From Macrostomum hystrix (taxonomy: Eukaryota > Animalia > Platyhelminthes), in assembly GCA_950097015.1 (NCBI GenBank), contig CATNEN010000001.1:7316001-7380000 (forward strand): 64,000 nucleotides of DNA, in the 5' to 3' direction. The notes beneath the pieces were generated by a model, which was not told where the DNA came from, did no database searches, and saw only the letters and a list, made by a program, of their open reading frames with translations. Of this stretch, positions 13,006-23,650 are shown in pieces. Position 1 is the first letter of the stretch. Each line of letters begins with the position of its first letter. The position numbers were made by a program, and so were the translations under genes.

Positions 13006-13093
13006 TCAGGGTACATTTTTCACTTACCTGTAAAATAGTTTTGTCAGAAATCGAGATACTTTTTTAAACAGGCCTTTTTTCGTTCTCCTAAAA

Positions 13094-13632
13094 CTGGGGT
13101 CGGCAACCTCCGGCCCGCGGGCCAGATGCGGCCCTCGAAGCTCCCAAATTCGGCCCTTAGCTCCTCCTAACACCTACTCTACAGTACACCCTATCTCATC
13201 TCTCCCCTGTCTCACCTCTCCCCTGTCTTATCTCTCCCTGTCTTATCTCTCTCCTGTCTCATCTCTCTCCTGTCTTATCTCTCCCCTGTCTCATCTCTCC
13301 CCTATCTCATCTCTCCCCTGTCTTATCTCTCCCGTCTTATCTCTCCCTGTCTTATCTCTCCTGTCTTATCTCTATCCTGTCTCATCTCTCCCCATTTTCA
13401 TCTCTCCCCTTTTTCATCTCTCCCCTGTCTCATCTCTCTTGCGTCTTATCTCCCCCGTCTCATCTCTCACCTGTCTGATCTCTCCTGTGTCTCATCCACA
13501 GATACTATAATAACTATAATAACAGTTATTATAGTATCTGTGGTCTCATCTCTCCCCTTTCTTCATGCGGCCCGCCGTCGTCTTTAAGATTCTCTCTTTA
13601 GCCCGCGTGGTATATAAGGTTGCCGACCCCTG
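13094..13632 (+). mobile_element. hAT (Buster/Charlie-type) MITE with internal TCTCATCTCTCCCCTG array
   Basis: TIR CTGGGGTCGGCAACCT / AGGTTGCCGACCCCTG; 8-bp TSD TCCTAAAA (13086-13093, 13633-13640) with central TA. Confidence 0.9.
13497..13542. mobile_element. 46-bp fold-back micro-element (P-element-like termini) nested in the hAT MITE
   Basis: Perfect 19-bp TIR CACAGATACTATAATAACT with 8-bp spacer; flanking 8-bp direct repeat GTCTCATC. Confidence 0.65.
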
Positions 13633-13834
13633 TCCTAAAAGAACTTCAGGCAAATTTTTCTCGATTCTATAATTATCAATTTTTTGTTCTGCTCCAGAAA
13701 ATTATAATAATTAGCTAATTTTGCGTTGCCAGCCGAAATTCGTGGATTTAAAAATAACTCTAAAAATTTTCTTCCGTACAATTAATTAGCAACGCATCTA
13801 TTAGAAGCAGTTCGTCGCTAAGAGTCTGTACTTA

Positions 13835-14557
13835 AGTGAGGTGTGAATTCAGTGAGTGAGGTGTGAATTCAGTGAGTGAGGTGTGAATTCAGTGAGTGAG
13901 GTGTGAATTCAGTGAGTGAGGTGTGAATTCAGTTAGTGAGGAGTGAATTCAGTGAGTGAGGTGTGAATTCAGTGAGTGAGGTGTGAATTCAGTGAGTGAG
14001 GTGTGATTTCAGTTAGTGAGGTGTGAATTCAGTGAGTGAGGTGTGATTTCAGTGATTAAGGTGTGAATTCAGTGAGTGAGGTGTGATTTCAGTTAGTGAG
14101 GTGTGAATTCAGTGAGTGAGGTGTGAATTCAGTGAGTGAGGTGTGATTTCAGTGATTAAGGTGTGAATTCAGTGAGTGAGGTGTGAATTCAGTTAGTGAG
14201 GTGTGAATTCAGTGAGTGAGGTGTGAATTCAGTGAGTGAGGTGTGAATTCAGTTAGTGAGGTGTGAATTCAGTTAGTGAGGTGTGAATTCAGTGAGTGAG
14301 GTGTGAATTCAGTGAGTGAGGTGTGAATTCAGTGAGTGAGGTGTGATTTCAGTGAGTGAGGTGTGAATTCAGTGAGTGAGGTGTGAATTCAGTGAGTGAG
14401 GTGTGAATTCAGTGAGTGAGGTGTGATTTCAGTGAGTGAGGTGTGAATTCAGTGAGTGAGGTGTGAATTCAGTGAGTGAGGTGTGAATTCAGTGAGTGAG
14501 GTGTGAATTCAGTGAGTGAGGTGTGAATTCAGTGAGTGAGGTGTGAATTCAGTGAGG
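13835..14557. repeat. 20-bp minisatellite GTGTGAATTCAGTGAGTGAG (~36 copies)
   Basis: Visible tandem array. Confidence 0.97.
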
Positions 14558-14672
14558 TATTGAAAGGCCACAAAGTTAAAATTAAGTCATTAAGTAATGG
14601 ATCGGCAGTTTCCCAAATAGCCAGGAGGTCAGTCGAAGCGATCACCGCGCCAAGTGTCTGGAGATTTTCGTC

Positions 14673-16404
14673 ATGTCCTCTAATGGCAGACTGGCTGTCA
14701 TCAAATTGCTCCTAATTTTTCTGGCACAATCGATTCTGCTTCATCGGGAGGCTGACAGCATGAGACTGCTCAGCAGCGGTGAGTTGGTTTAAAATGCGAC
14801 TCTTGTTGCGTGATTGACAATCGAAACAATCTGCTTTTTTGATTCTGCAAAGCTGTTGCTCGTACGAACCTTGTTTTGCCTAGCCTTTTCACTGGGGTAG
14901 CAATTTGTCTGCTTTTATTTCCTGTTCTTTGCTTTTGAAAAGTTTGCCAGTCTTTGTTAAAACAGATTCAGCTACATTGATTAACAAAAGATTATCCCCT
15001 TTGCCTGTCATTGTATTCCAATGTAGGATTAATGTGAAGGACGTTGTGTCGATACCCAGAATCATTTCTGCATCTGTTTTTATTTTTCAGTATCCGGCAG
15101 TTGGGTACACTCCCACTAGGCCTAATTGAGTCTAGGCCCACACGAGTGTTAATTTAGCGACAAACTCACATGCATTCTCAGGGATCAGGGATGTGATTCT
15201 CAAAACTGTTTTATCGGATAGAGCGGGAAATTTTTGTCACTGTTCTGGATTTTCATGTCGATTGGTTGAACATTTTCGGAGACAAAAATGAAAAATGAGG
15301 GTAATGGTATTTAAATCCCCAAGTCTCAAATCCTATTTAAATCCCTAAGTCTCAAATCCTATTTAAATCCCCAAGTCTCAAATCCTATTTAAATCCCCAA
15401 GTCTCAAATCCTATTTAAATCCCCAAGTCTCAAATCCTATTTAAATCCCCGAGTCTCAAATCCAATTTAAATCCCCAAGTCTCAAATCCAATTTAAATCC
15501 CAAGTCTCAAATCCTATTTAAATCCCCAAGTCTCAAATCCTATTTAAATCCCTAAGTCTCAAATCCTATTTAAATCCCGAAGTCTCAAATCCAATTTAAA
15601 TCCCCAAGTCTCAAATCCAATTTAAATCCCAAGTCTCAAATCCTATTTAAATCCCCAAGTCTCAAATCCTATTTAAATCCCTAAGTCTCAAATCCTATTT
15701 AAATCCCCAAGTCTCAAATCCTATTTAAATCCCCAAGTCTCAAATCCTATTTAAATCCCCAAGTCTCAAATCCTATTTAAATCCCCAAGTCTCAAATCCA
15801 ATTTAAACCCCAAGTCTCAAATCCTATTTAAATCCCCAAGTCTCAAATCCTATTTAAATCCCCAAGTCTCAAATCCTATTTAAATCCCCGAGTCTCAAAT
15901 CCTATTTAAATCCCGAAGTCTCAAATCCAATTTAAATCCCCAAGTCTCAAATCCAATTTAAATCCCAAGTCTCAAATCCTATTTGAATCCCCAAGTCTCA
16001 AATCCTATTTAAATCCCCGAGTCTCAAATCCTATTTAAATCCCGAAGTCTCAAATCCTATTTAAATCCCCAAGTCTCAAATCCTATTTAAGTCCTTAGTC
16101 TCAAATCCAATTTAAATCCCCAAGTCTCAAATCCAATTTAAATCCCAAGTCTCAAATCCTATTTGAATCCCCAAGTCTCAAATCCTTTTTAGATCCCCAA
16201 GTCTCAAATCTATCAAAACCGAAATCTGCAGACATTGTCCAGAAGCGGTTCCTGTACTATTCCAACGGCAACTGCGAGACCTTCGAGATTCGCTGCTTCA
16301 GCCAGCGCGACTGCCAGGCCTACGGACCGCGCCACCAGTGCGTCCTGCTGCGCTGCGCCGTCAGCTGCCGACTGCTGCCCGCGGACAGAGGCGGGGCGCG
16401 GTGA
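14673..16404 (+). CDS. 92-aa secreted prepropeptide with six-cysteine WAP-like mature domain (2 coding exons)
   Basis: Exon 14673-14778 (G|GTGAGT, phase 1) joined to exon 16232-16404 (CTGCAG| ... TGA) gives MSSNGRLAVIKLLLIFLAQSILLHREADSMRLLSSDIVQKRFLYYSNGNCETFEIRCFSQRDCQAYGPRHQCVLLRCAVSCRLLPADRGGAR; hydrophobic signal peptide, KR site, GC-rich coding-like composition. Confidence 0.75.
15308..16210. repeat. 26-bp minisatellite AAATCCCCAAGTCTCAAATCCTATTT
   Basis: Visible; ends ~20 bp before the 16231 acceptor. Confidence 0.97.
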
Positions 16405-16534
16405 TTGACAGCCTGCCGGCTTAAGCTACCTGTCTCTGCGTCTGTCTCACTGATTTATTATTTCGGTTGGTTAATTAGGCACTTTCGATTAATCTGAAGC
16501 AGTAGAGAGGCCATTTGGGATGGGCCGTGGAAAC

Positions 16535-16805
16535 GATCCCATAGTTCCTAATCCCCTAACCTGAATATCCCATTATTCCTAATCTCCTACCTGAATATCC
16601 TAATTCCTGATCCCCTACGTAAAAAACCCAGTTCCTAATCCCCTACCTGAATATCCCAGTTCCTAATCCCCTACCAAAATATCCCAGTTCCTAATCCCCT
16701 ACCTGAATATCCCAGCTCCTAATCCCCTACCAAAATATCCCAGTTCCTAATCCCCTACCTGAATATCCCAGTTTCTGATCCCCTACCTGAACACCCCAGT
16801 TCGTA
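16535..16805. repeat. 28-bp minisatellite CCCAGTTCCTAATCCCCTACCTGAATAT
   Basis: Visible tandem array. Confidence 0.9.
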
Positions 16806-17884
16806 ATTCTAAAATATTTTCAGATGAATTCTTGAACATCTAAAGTTTCCCATGATAGTTTTTTTCGATTATAGATGCCATGGTTCCTAAATTATGTTAG
16901 CACAAAAACACGAGGAAATACAAAACCAAGACCATAAGTCTTTGTAGAGCGGCTTTTCTTTAACAAGAGGCCCAACATCTATTTTCTTTGCTGTCGTCAT
17001 TAATTGCAGCTCTAAAAATAAAATTTACTTTAATCTCAAGAATAAAAAAGGAAATATCTTTTGAATGACTAAAATAAAATGAGAGGAAATGAGCGTTCAA
17101 ACAGTTCATTTGACTTGGCGAACTAAATTTGACCACGAGTTTGTTTATCTGATTTGATCTGTTTTGTTTATTTGAAATCAGCCGTTTGTTAATATTTTCT
17201 CATTCATCTTGTTAACCTAAATATCTATCGTTTGTTTAATATACATTCGTTTAATACAATATCACACGTTCCTTAACCTTATATTACTCTTTGTTAATCT
17301 GAAATCACTCGTTTGTTAATCTAATCTTAAAACGTTTGTTCATGTTATCCTACGCCTGTTAATCTATAATGTTCATGAAGCACATATTTTCAGCCAGTTA
17401 TTTAATGTTTTAATCTAAAAAGATGAGAAGTCCAAGCTAAATATGTATATATCTATTTCATCAGACACCAGTGCTAATGTCTCTATAGTATTAAATAAGC
17501 ATGGCAATGAAATTATTAATTTATGCATAAAACTGGCCTGGAGGATAGAAAAATATCTATGCTGATCTTCTAATAGCTAAGAGGCAAGTAATTATGCATG
17601 CTAATGCATTGCTTGACAGACTTCACATAATGAGATAGGGAATAAATCATGTTAATATCTGTGTTCGCACCTCAAAGCCTGAGGCTTCTAATTAAGCCAT
17701 CTAGGAAATAAAAAGTTTGCCACTGTTCTCGAAATGTCGAACTTTTCTTAACCACACGCTGCAAGACAATGATGAGTGGCTTAATATTGATTCCACTCGC
17801 TGAATATAAATCACATATTTTACTTTCAAAGTAGGGCTAGCTGTTAATTTCCAAACCACGCGTTTGGTGGTTTGGAAATCCAAA

Positions 17885-18195
17885 CCTAACATTTTGACCA
17901 TTCTGTCTAACATGTCACTGATTCTGTCTAACATGTCACTGATTCTGTCTAACATTGTCACTGATTCTGTCTAACACGTCACTGATTCTGTCTAACATTG
18001 TCACTGATTCTGTCTAACATTGTCACTGATTCTGTCTAACATTGTCACTGATTCTGTCTAACATTGTCACTGATTCTGTCTAACACGTCACTGATTCTGT
18101 CTAACATTGTCACTGATTCTGTCTAACATTGTCACTGATTCTGTCTAACATTGTCACTGATTCTGTCCAACATGTCACTGATTCAGTCACTAACA
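17885..18195. repeat. 21-22-bp minisatellite CACTGATTCTGTCTAACATTGT
   Basis: Visible tandem array. Confidence 0.95.
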
Positions 18196-19177
18196 TATTT
18201 TTTGTAAATAAATAATTTTCTTAGTGCATTTATACATGATTTGAAAGTGACTCAAAACTTGAGTTGGGCGAAGCAACATGTTTTGCAAGCTATGTTAAAA
18301 GAACAGCGTTGGATCTGCTTTCACTAAAAAGTTATAAACATTCTAATGTGAAAAACTTGAAAAAATTCCTATCTCGCTAACGTATGTTTCGTGAAAATCT
18401 GCCTTTAATTAATTTTCCAAGGAACAAAGTGTCCCGTTCTTCTTCTAGTGGTCCTTGGTCACTGATCATTCTGTCTAACATGTTGATAATTTTATTTAAC
18501 ATGCCGACACGTAACGAGTATTTTTTCGAATTCATGATGACACAAGTTTTAAAAATCGATTTCTTTATTTTATTTAAGCATAGAGCAAACGGATGCCTGG
18601 CAGGTGGCTGAGACTTATTTCAACAGAAATTTCAACGGCCGAGAGGACCGGTTTGTTAATCTGCTTGCTGACCTAGATCAGATAACGAACCGGTAACAAT
18701 AGTGGACGATATTGCTTGGCATTCTATTTATATTTTTATTGCCAACTCGATTATTGATACTGCTGGAACATTTATCGTGCATTCAAACTTCTAAGCTTTG
18801 AAGACAGTTCACTGATTAACTAACAGCAATAGAGTGGGGATTACACAAATGGCCTTTCAAAGTGTTAACACTACAGAAACACACTAATCCACCCACGCAA
18901 CATTTGCTTAGCGACAAGGACGGAATGGACAAGTTTATCCAGTGAGGATGTTACACGTGTTCGCTATTCGCAGTGTTTACAATGGCAGCTCCCAAGAGCT
19001 AATCATTATTGAACACTCAATGAGCTTTAGTCTAAACTGCACTGCCCAGATCTCTTGGGATTAACTTCAGAAACACGAGAATTGGCACACAATTAGGTTG
19101 CTAGTGAGGATTTAGAATATTTATTTACTGAAGAGATTCCAGGAAAAATTAGACAGATTCAGTATAAAATCTGTTCG

Positions 19178-19770
19178 GTAGGTCAGTAGGGGATGTCACG
19201 TTAGTGAGGTCAGTAGGGGAGGTCAAAGGAGGTCAGGTAAGTGAGGTCAGTAGGGAAGGTCAGGTAAGTGAGGTCAGTAGGGAGGTCAGGTAAGTGAGGT
19301 CTGTAGGGGAGGTCAGAGGAGGTCAGGTAAGTGAGGTCAGTAGGGGCGGTCAGGTAAGTGAGGTCAGTAGGGAAGGTCAGAGGAGGTCAGATATGTGAGG
19401 TCAGTAGGGGCGGTCAGGTAAGTGAGGTCAGTAGGGAGGTCAGGTAAGTGAGGTCTGTAGGGGAGGTCAGAGGAGGTCAGGTAAGTGAGGTCAGTAGGGG
19501 AGGTCAGGTAAGTGAGGTCAGTAGGGGAGGTCAGGTAAGCGAGGTCAGTAGGGGAGGTCAGGTAAGTGAGGTCAGAATGGGAGGTCAGGTAAGCGAGGTC
19601 AGTAGGGGAGGTCAGGTAAGTGAGGTCAGGTAAGTGAGGTCAGTTGGGAGGTCAGGTAAGTGAGGTCAGTAGGGAGGTCAGGTTAGTGAGATCAGTAGGG
19701 AGGTCAGGTTAGTGAGGTCAGGTAAATGAGGTCAGTTGGGAGGTCAGGTAAGTGAGGTCAGTTGGGGGTC
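19178..19770. repeat. ~26-27-bp minisatellite GAGGTCAGGTAAGTGAGGTCAGTAGGG
   Basis: Visible; abuts the Gypsy fragment; related short array at 23795-23870. Confidence 0.93.
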
Positions 19771-20485
19771 ATGACCCAGGCCGCCATTTTCATCCAAGGA
19801 GTTTGGCCGTTTCTTAGAAAGCTACGGCATCAAGCACCGCCTCATCACGCCTTACTACCCAGCCGCCAATGGCATGACAGAGCGGCTGAACCGCTCAATC
19901 AACAAGGTCGTGCGGGCGGCAATCGAGGAGCGGCGCGACTGGAGGGCTGCTCTGGACGAGTGGCTGCTGGCCTACAGGAACACGCGGCACACAGCCACGG
20001 GCCGCGCGCCAGCCGAGCTGCTGATGGGCCGGCGACCAAACGATGTCATCCCCGCCGCCCGGCCATCCCAGCGCGTCCGCATCAACGAGCAGCGGCTGGG
20101 AGAGATTGATTCGAGCGCCAAGGCCGCGATGAAGCAGCGAGCGGACGCCAGGAGGCGGCCACGGCGGCACGAAATCCAGGTCGGCGATTCGGTGCTGCGA
20201 CGGCGAGTCGGTGCCAGCAAGACGCAAACGCCATTCGAGAGCGGCGCCTGAACAGTCCAGCGGGTGGCCGGCAACTCGCTGATGCTGCTTCGTGACGGCG
20301 CGGCCTGCTGGCGGCATTGCACGGCGGTCAAGGTCGTCACCCCAGAATCAGACGACACTGGTGCCAGGCCGCAGGCCGCGCCAGAAACTCCAGGCGAAGC
20401 GGCGCGGGACCCGCCCGAATCCCCGGTGGCGCTGCGCCCGCACCCCCGAGCTGCACGGGGTGGCGTGAAGATCTACAAGGATTGA
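19770..20485 (+). mobile_element. Ty3/Gypsy integrase C-terminal remnant (pseudogenised)
   Basis: PPFSSKEF...YGIKHRLITPYYPAANGMTERLNR...LLAYRNTRHTATGRAPAELLMGR; in-frame TGA at 20249 within the GPY/F-like region. Confidence 0.9.
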
Positions 20486-20690
20486 ACCAAGGACTGAAAA
20501 CGAACTGACTTTTCTACTGACATTAACAGTCACATGCACTGCGAAGTCACAAGTCCGATGCGACTATCAATGCGAGTGTTTTATCTCCCCCAATAGCTGC
20601 ATATTTTTTTCGGTCGAGTTCTTTTTTTCGTTCTTTTCGACATTTTGCTTCTCGAATTCGTTCTCTTTTGTCTCCCCACAGTTTCTGTTC

Positions 20691-20880
20691 GAAGGGGGAG
20701 AGCTAGATGTAGTGTGCGTACGCACGTGAGCCAGGCCCAGGTGTACACCTGGGTCGTTTGATTGGTTGCGGAGCGGGTGGGTGTCGCCACCCCAGTTCTA
20801 TATTGACGCGCGCTCAGCGTGGCAGTAAAAATGAGAGTTTTGTCTGCGCACTAAAAATAGCCTCGGCATTAGATATTACA
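20691..20880 (+). mobile_element. polypurine tract and 3' LTR (~173 bp, 20708-20880) of the Gypsy element
   Basis: GAAGGGGGAGAG PPT followed by TGTA...TACA termini; internal TATATT and AGTAAA. Confidence 0.75.
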
Positions 20881-22078
20881 AGGATGCTCAGTAGAGGATT
20901 TCAGGTAGTGTATGTCTGTTAGAAGGCAAATAATATTCTGATTTATATTTTAACATAGGTCAATCAAAACTGTATACAGTTTGAGACTTAAATAATTTAT
21001 TCATTTAAAAAGGCTTTGGTAATTATATGTCAACATTCCAATAAATCAATGAGCAAAATCAGTTAATGTATGTACTCAATAATGTGTGTGTCAACATGAT
21101 ATAGACTCGGTACATTGAAGTATTTGCTTGACGGCTATGGTATGAACTGTCTCAACTATCTACGAGTAAATCAACAACTCATAGAGTATATGATATCACA
21201 GGACTCCACAGCTTTCAATTAGAATGATTAGGTGGACAATAGTGATTAATCGGATGGGATCAAAGGATAACAGCAATGTCAGTAGGAGCTGATCCCATGA
21301 AGGTAGAATGAGATCAGAACTCACCCTCCCAGAGGCGCCCTGCCTAGAAGACGAATCGGTAGCTTCGGGTTGTGTTCCGAAGGCTAGGTTCTGTCCAACA
21401 TTTCTAATCCCAAATTGTGGCAGACAATTTTTGTTGCTAGCGACTACTTACAGTAGTTCCCCTTGAGAGTAGACGCGATCCCGTAACTAGACTATTAAAC
21501 GAGGCAGTGGTTCCAATGGCCTCCACGTATATGATATTACCCCTAAGGGGCTAAATAGGGATAATGTGATATTTGTTCTGGCCCTCCATCTACACTCACA
21601 CCAATGTCCCTACAGACGATCTGCCAGGCTTTGAATGGTCAAAATGATACATCGATATATAATTAAGCTGCTCACTGGAAGTCCATGGAGGTCAGGAGGT
21701 CGCCTTCTAGCGAACAAATATAACAATATAAATACAAATACCAATGACCAATATTAATAAAACTAAACACAGGTTGTTCTTTTTCAACTATAGAAGCATT
21801 TTGACAACTAAAAAGCATTGCTGGTTGCAGAATTCGGTATCGTGAATCTGGAAGCATGATTAGCAGATTACATTTATAATTTTGTCCCATTGTAAACAAT
21901 TAACTTACTCATTCAAGTGACATACAGGTCGAATAAAAATTGAATAGAATTAAAAGTTGAATAGAAATAAACTGTACTGAATTGCTACACTAACAATTAG
22001 TCACACTTGCAAAAAGCAGATTCAAAACCATTGTTACACATGCCAATCAGCAAATGATATTGATCAAATGCTTTTCTG

Positions 22079-23650
22079 TCAGGTCAGCTGGAAGATGCAC
22101 AGACGATTGTTGCTAGCGTCAGCGACAGCGACAGCCAAAAACTCCCTAGAATCGAGGCGACACAGCGCAAGTCCTGAGGGATAACAGGAAAGCACCTGAC
22201 CGTCTCCAGCCCTATCTTGAGCTCCCAGGACCTCCAGCGTGGCTCCCGTGCTAGAGAACACTCGAACTGTGTGAGCATTTTGCTCTGAGACGAACAGCAC
22301 ACCTCTGCTGGCTGAGCAGACTTTCCTTGGCCCGTTTAAAGCTTCTTCATTGTGCGGGTAGCTGGAGATGAGCTGGCCGCTGATGCCGCAAATCCTGAGC
22401 ACTTTGCCTCCAGAGTTCACCAGCAGAATCTTGCTCCCGTGCAGAGCCAGGTCAGAGAAGGAATCCATCTCGAATGCACTCACATGAAGTGAGCTCTGAA
22501 GCTCACCTGAGTCCTTCCCGATTTTGTGCACCATGTTCGATTCATCATCCACTAAGAGAAGTTTGTCCGTGTCTCCATCGATGCCCCAAATGTCCATGCT
22601 GCTCAGATGCAGTGACTCAGCAGTGATCACACGCTTCACCTCTCCGCTCAGATCAGTCACAGTCACGGCTTCAGGCTGAGCCACAAACAGCAGCTGCCTC
22701 TCGCTGTCGCAGTGAAGGCCCGTGATCCACTCGCTCCAGTCCAGGTTCATGTGGCACTTCAGCCTCACGGCTCCGTCAAGTGACGTCACCAACAGGTGGT
22801 CAGCGCGGCCTTTATCACAAGCCACGAAGATGCAGGGCTCAGGCAGTGGAGTGACGTCACAGTCAGCTGACTCAGCCTTCACAACCCGACTCGACGAGTC
22901 TCCACCGAATCCAGCAGTGTTTGAGCAGCAAGCCACGCGGCCTGGACAATATTTAAGTTGCTCAACAGCTGAAACGGCCTGGCACACTCGAGTCCCTGAG
23001 CTGTGCTCAGCCTCATCCAGCCAGCACTGCCGCAGCACGCTCGCCATGTGCCTGTCGGTGATGAAGAGCAGCTCCTGCACCCCTGCCGCCACGTCTCCCA
23101 CTGACCGGACGATCGCATCGCTGCTCAGGCCAAGCCGGGCCGAGCTCTGCCGCTCGCGCAGCTTCGATCGAGCCTCATCGAACTGGTCCGATCGCTCAGT
23201 GGCCTCATCCAGCCACAGCTCAGAAATCGCGGTGAGCTCAGCCAGCCTCCTCATGTCTCCAGCATCGCAGGCGGTCGCCACATCCTTCTCGCACTGCTCG
23301 GCCTCCGCCGCTTCTCTCAGCTGACCGGCGACCGAGTCGAGCACCGCCTGCACTCGAGACAGCGTCCGCTGCCTCCACAGCTGCAGCGCCTCCTGCACTG
23401 CGTCGAACATGTCGCTCGCCTCCTCGAGCTCCGCCTGCAGCGCGCTGTGCTCAAGCCGCAGCTGAGCCCTGTCAGCCGAGTCACGGAGAGCGCGCAGCTT
23501 CGTCAGCAGGCTGTCCTTCTGCTCAGTGACCTTCTGCAGCTCCTTGGCGATGTGCTCGCGACACTGCGGCGTCCCAGACCAGGGTCCCAGCTCGAGCACG
23601 GGCTCGCTGCAGGCTCGGGCGCTGCAGACTCCGCACTTTGAGTCGGCCAT
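22079..23650 (-). CDS. B-box-like zinc finger / coiled-coil / NHL beta-propeller protein (TRIM-NHL-like, no RING)
   Basis: 523-aa single-exon ORF; N-terminal CxxC...CxxH, heptad-rich helical region, NHL-type repeats (e.g. LNGPRKVC...LFVSEQNAHTVRVFSSTG, YPSGLAL...AVADASNNRLCIF); probable 5'UTR intron 23751-23693. Confidence 0.75.
   Translation of the reverse strand: MADSKCGVCSARACSEPVLELGPWSGTPQCREHIAKELQKVTEQKDSLLTKLRALRDSADRAQLRLEHSALQAELEEASDMFDAVQEALQLWRQRTLSRVQAVLDSVAGQLREAAEAEQCEKDVATACDAGDMRRLAELTAISELWLDEATERSDQFDEARSKLRERQSSARLGLSSDAIVRSVGDVAAGVQELLFITDRHMASVLRQCWLDEAEHSSGTRVCQAVSAVEQLKYCPGRVACCSNTAGFGGDSSSRVVKAESADCDVTPLPEPCIFVACDKGRADHLLVTSLDGAVRLKCHMNLDWSEWITGLHCDSERQLLFVAQPEAVTVTDLSGEVKRVITAESLHLSSMDIWGIDGDTDKLLLVDDESNMVHKIGKDSGELQSSLHVSAFEMDSFSDLALHGSKILLVNSGGKVLRICGISGQLISSYPHNEEALNGPRKVCSASRGVLFVSEQNAHTVRVFSSTGATLEVLGAQDRAGDGQVLSCYPSGLALCRLDSREFLAVAVADASNNRLCIFQLT

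Noticed and set aside
21450-21560. RNase MRP-like P4 elements (GTTCCCC ... GGGGCTAA)
   Set aside because: Lacks the GAAAGUCCCC consensus and expected spacing; better explained by minus-strand splice signals
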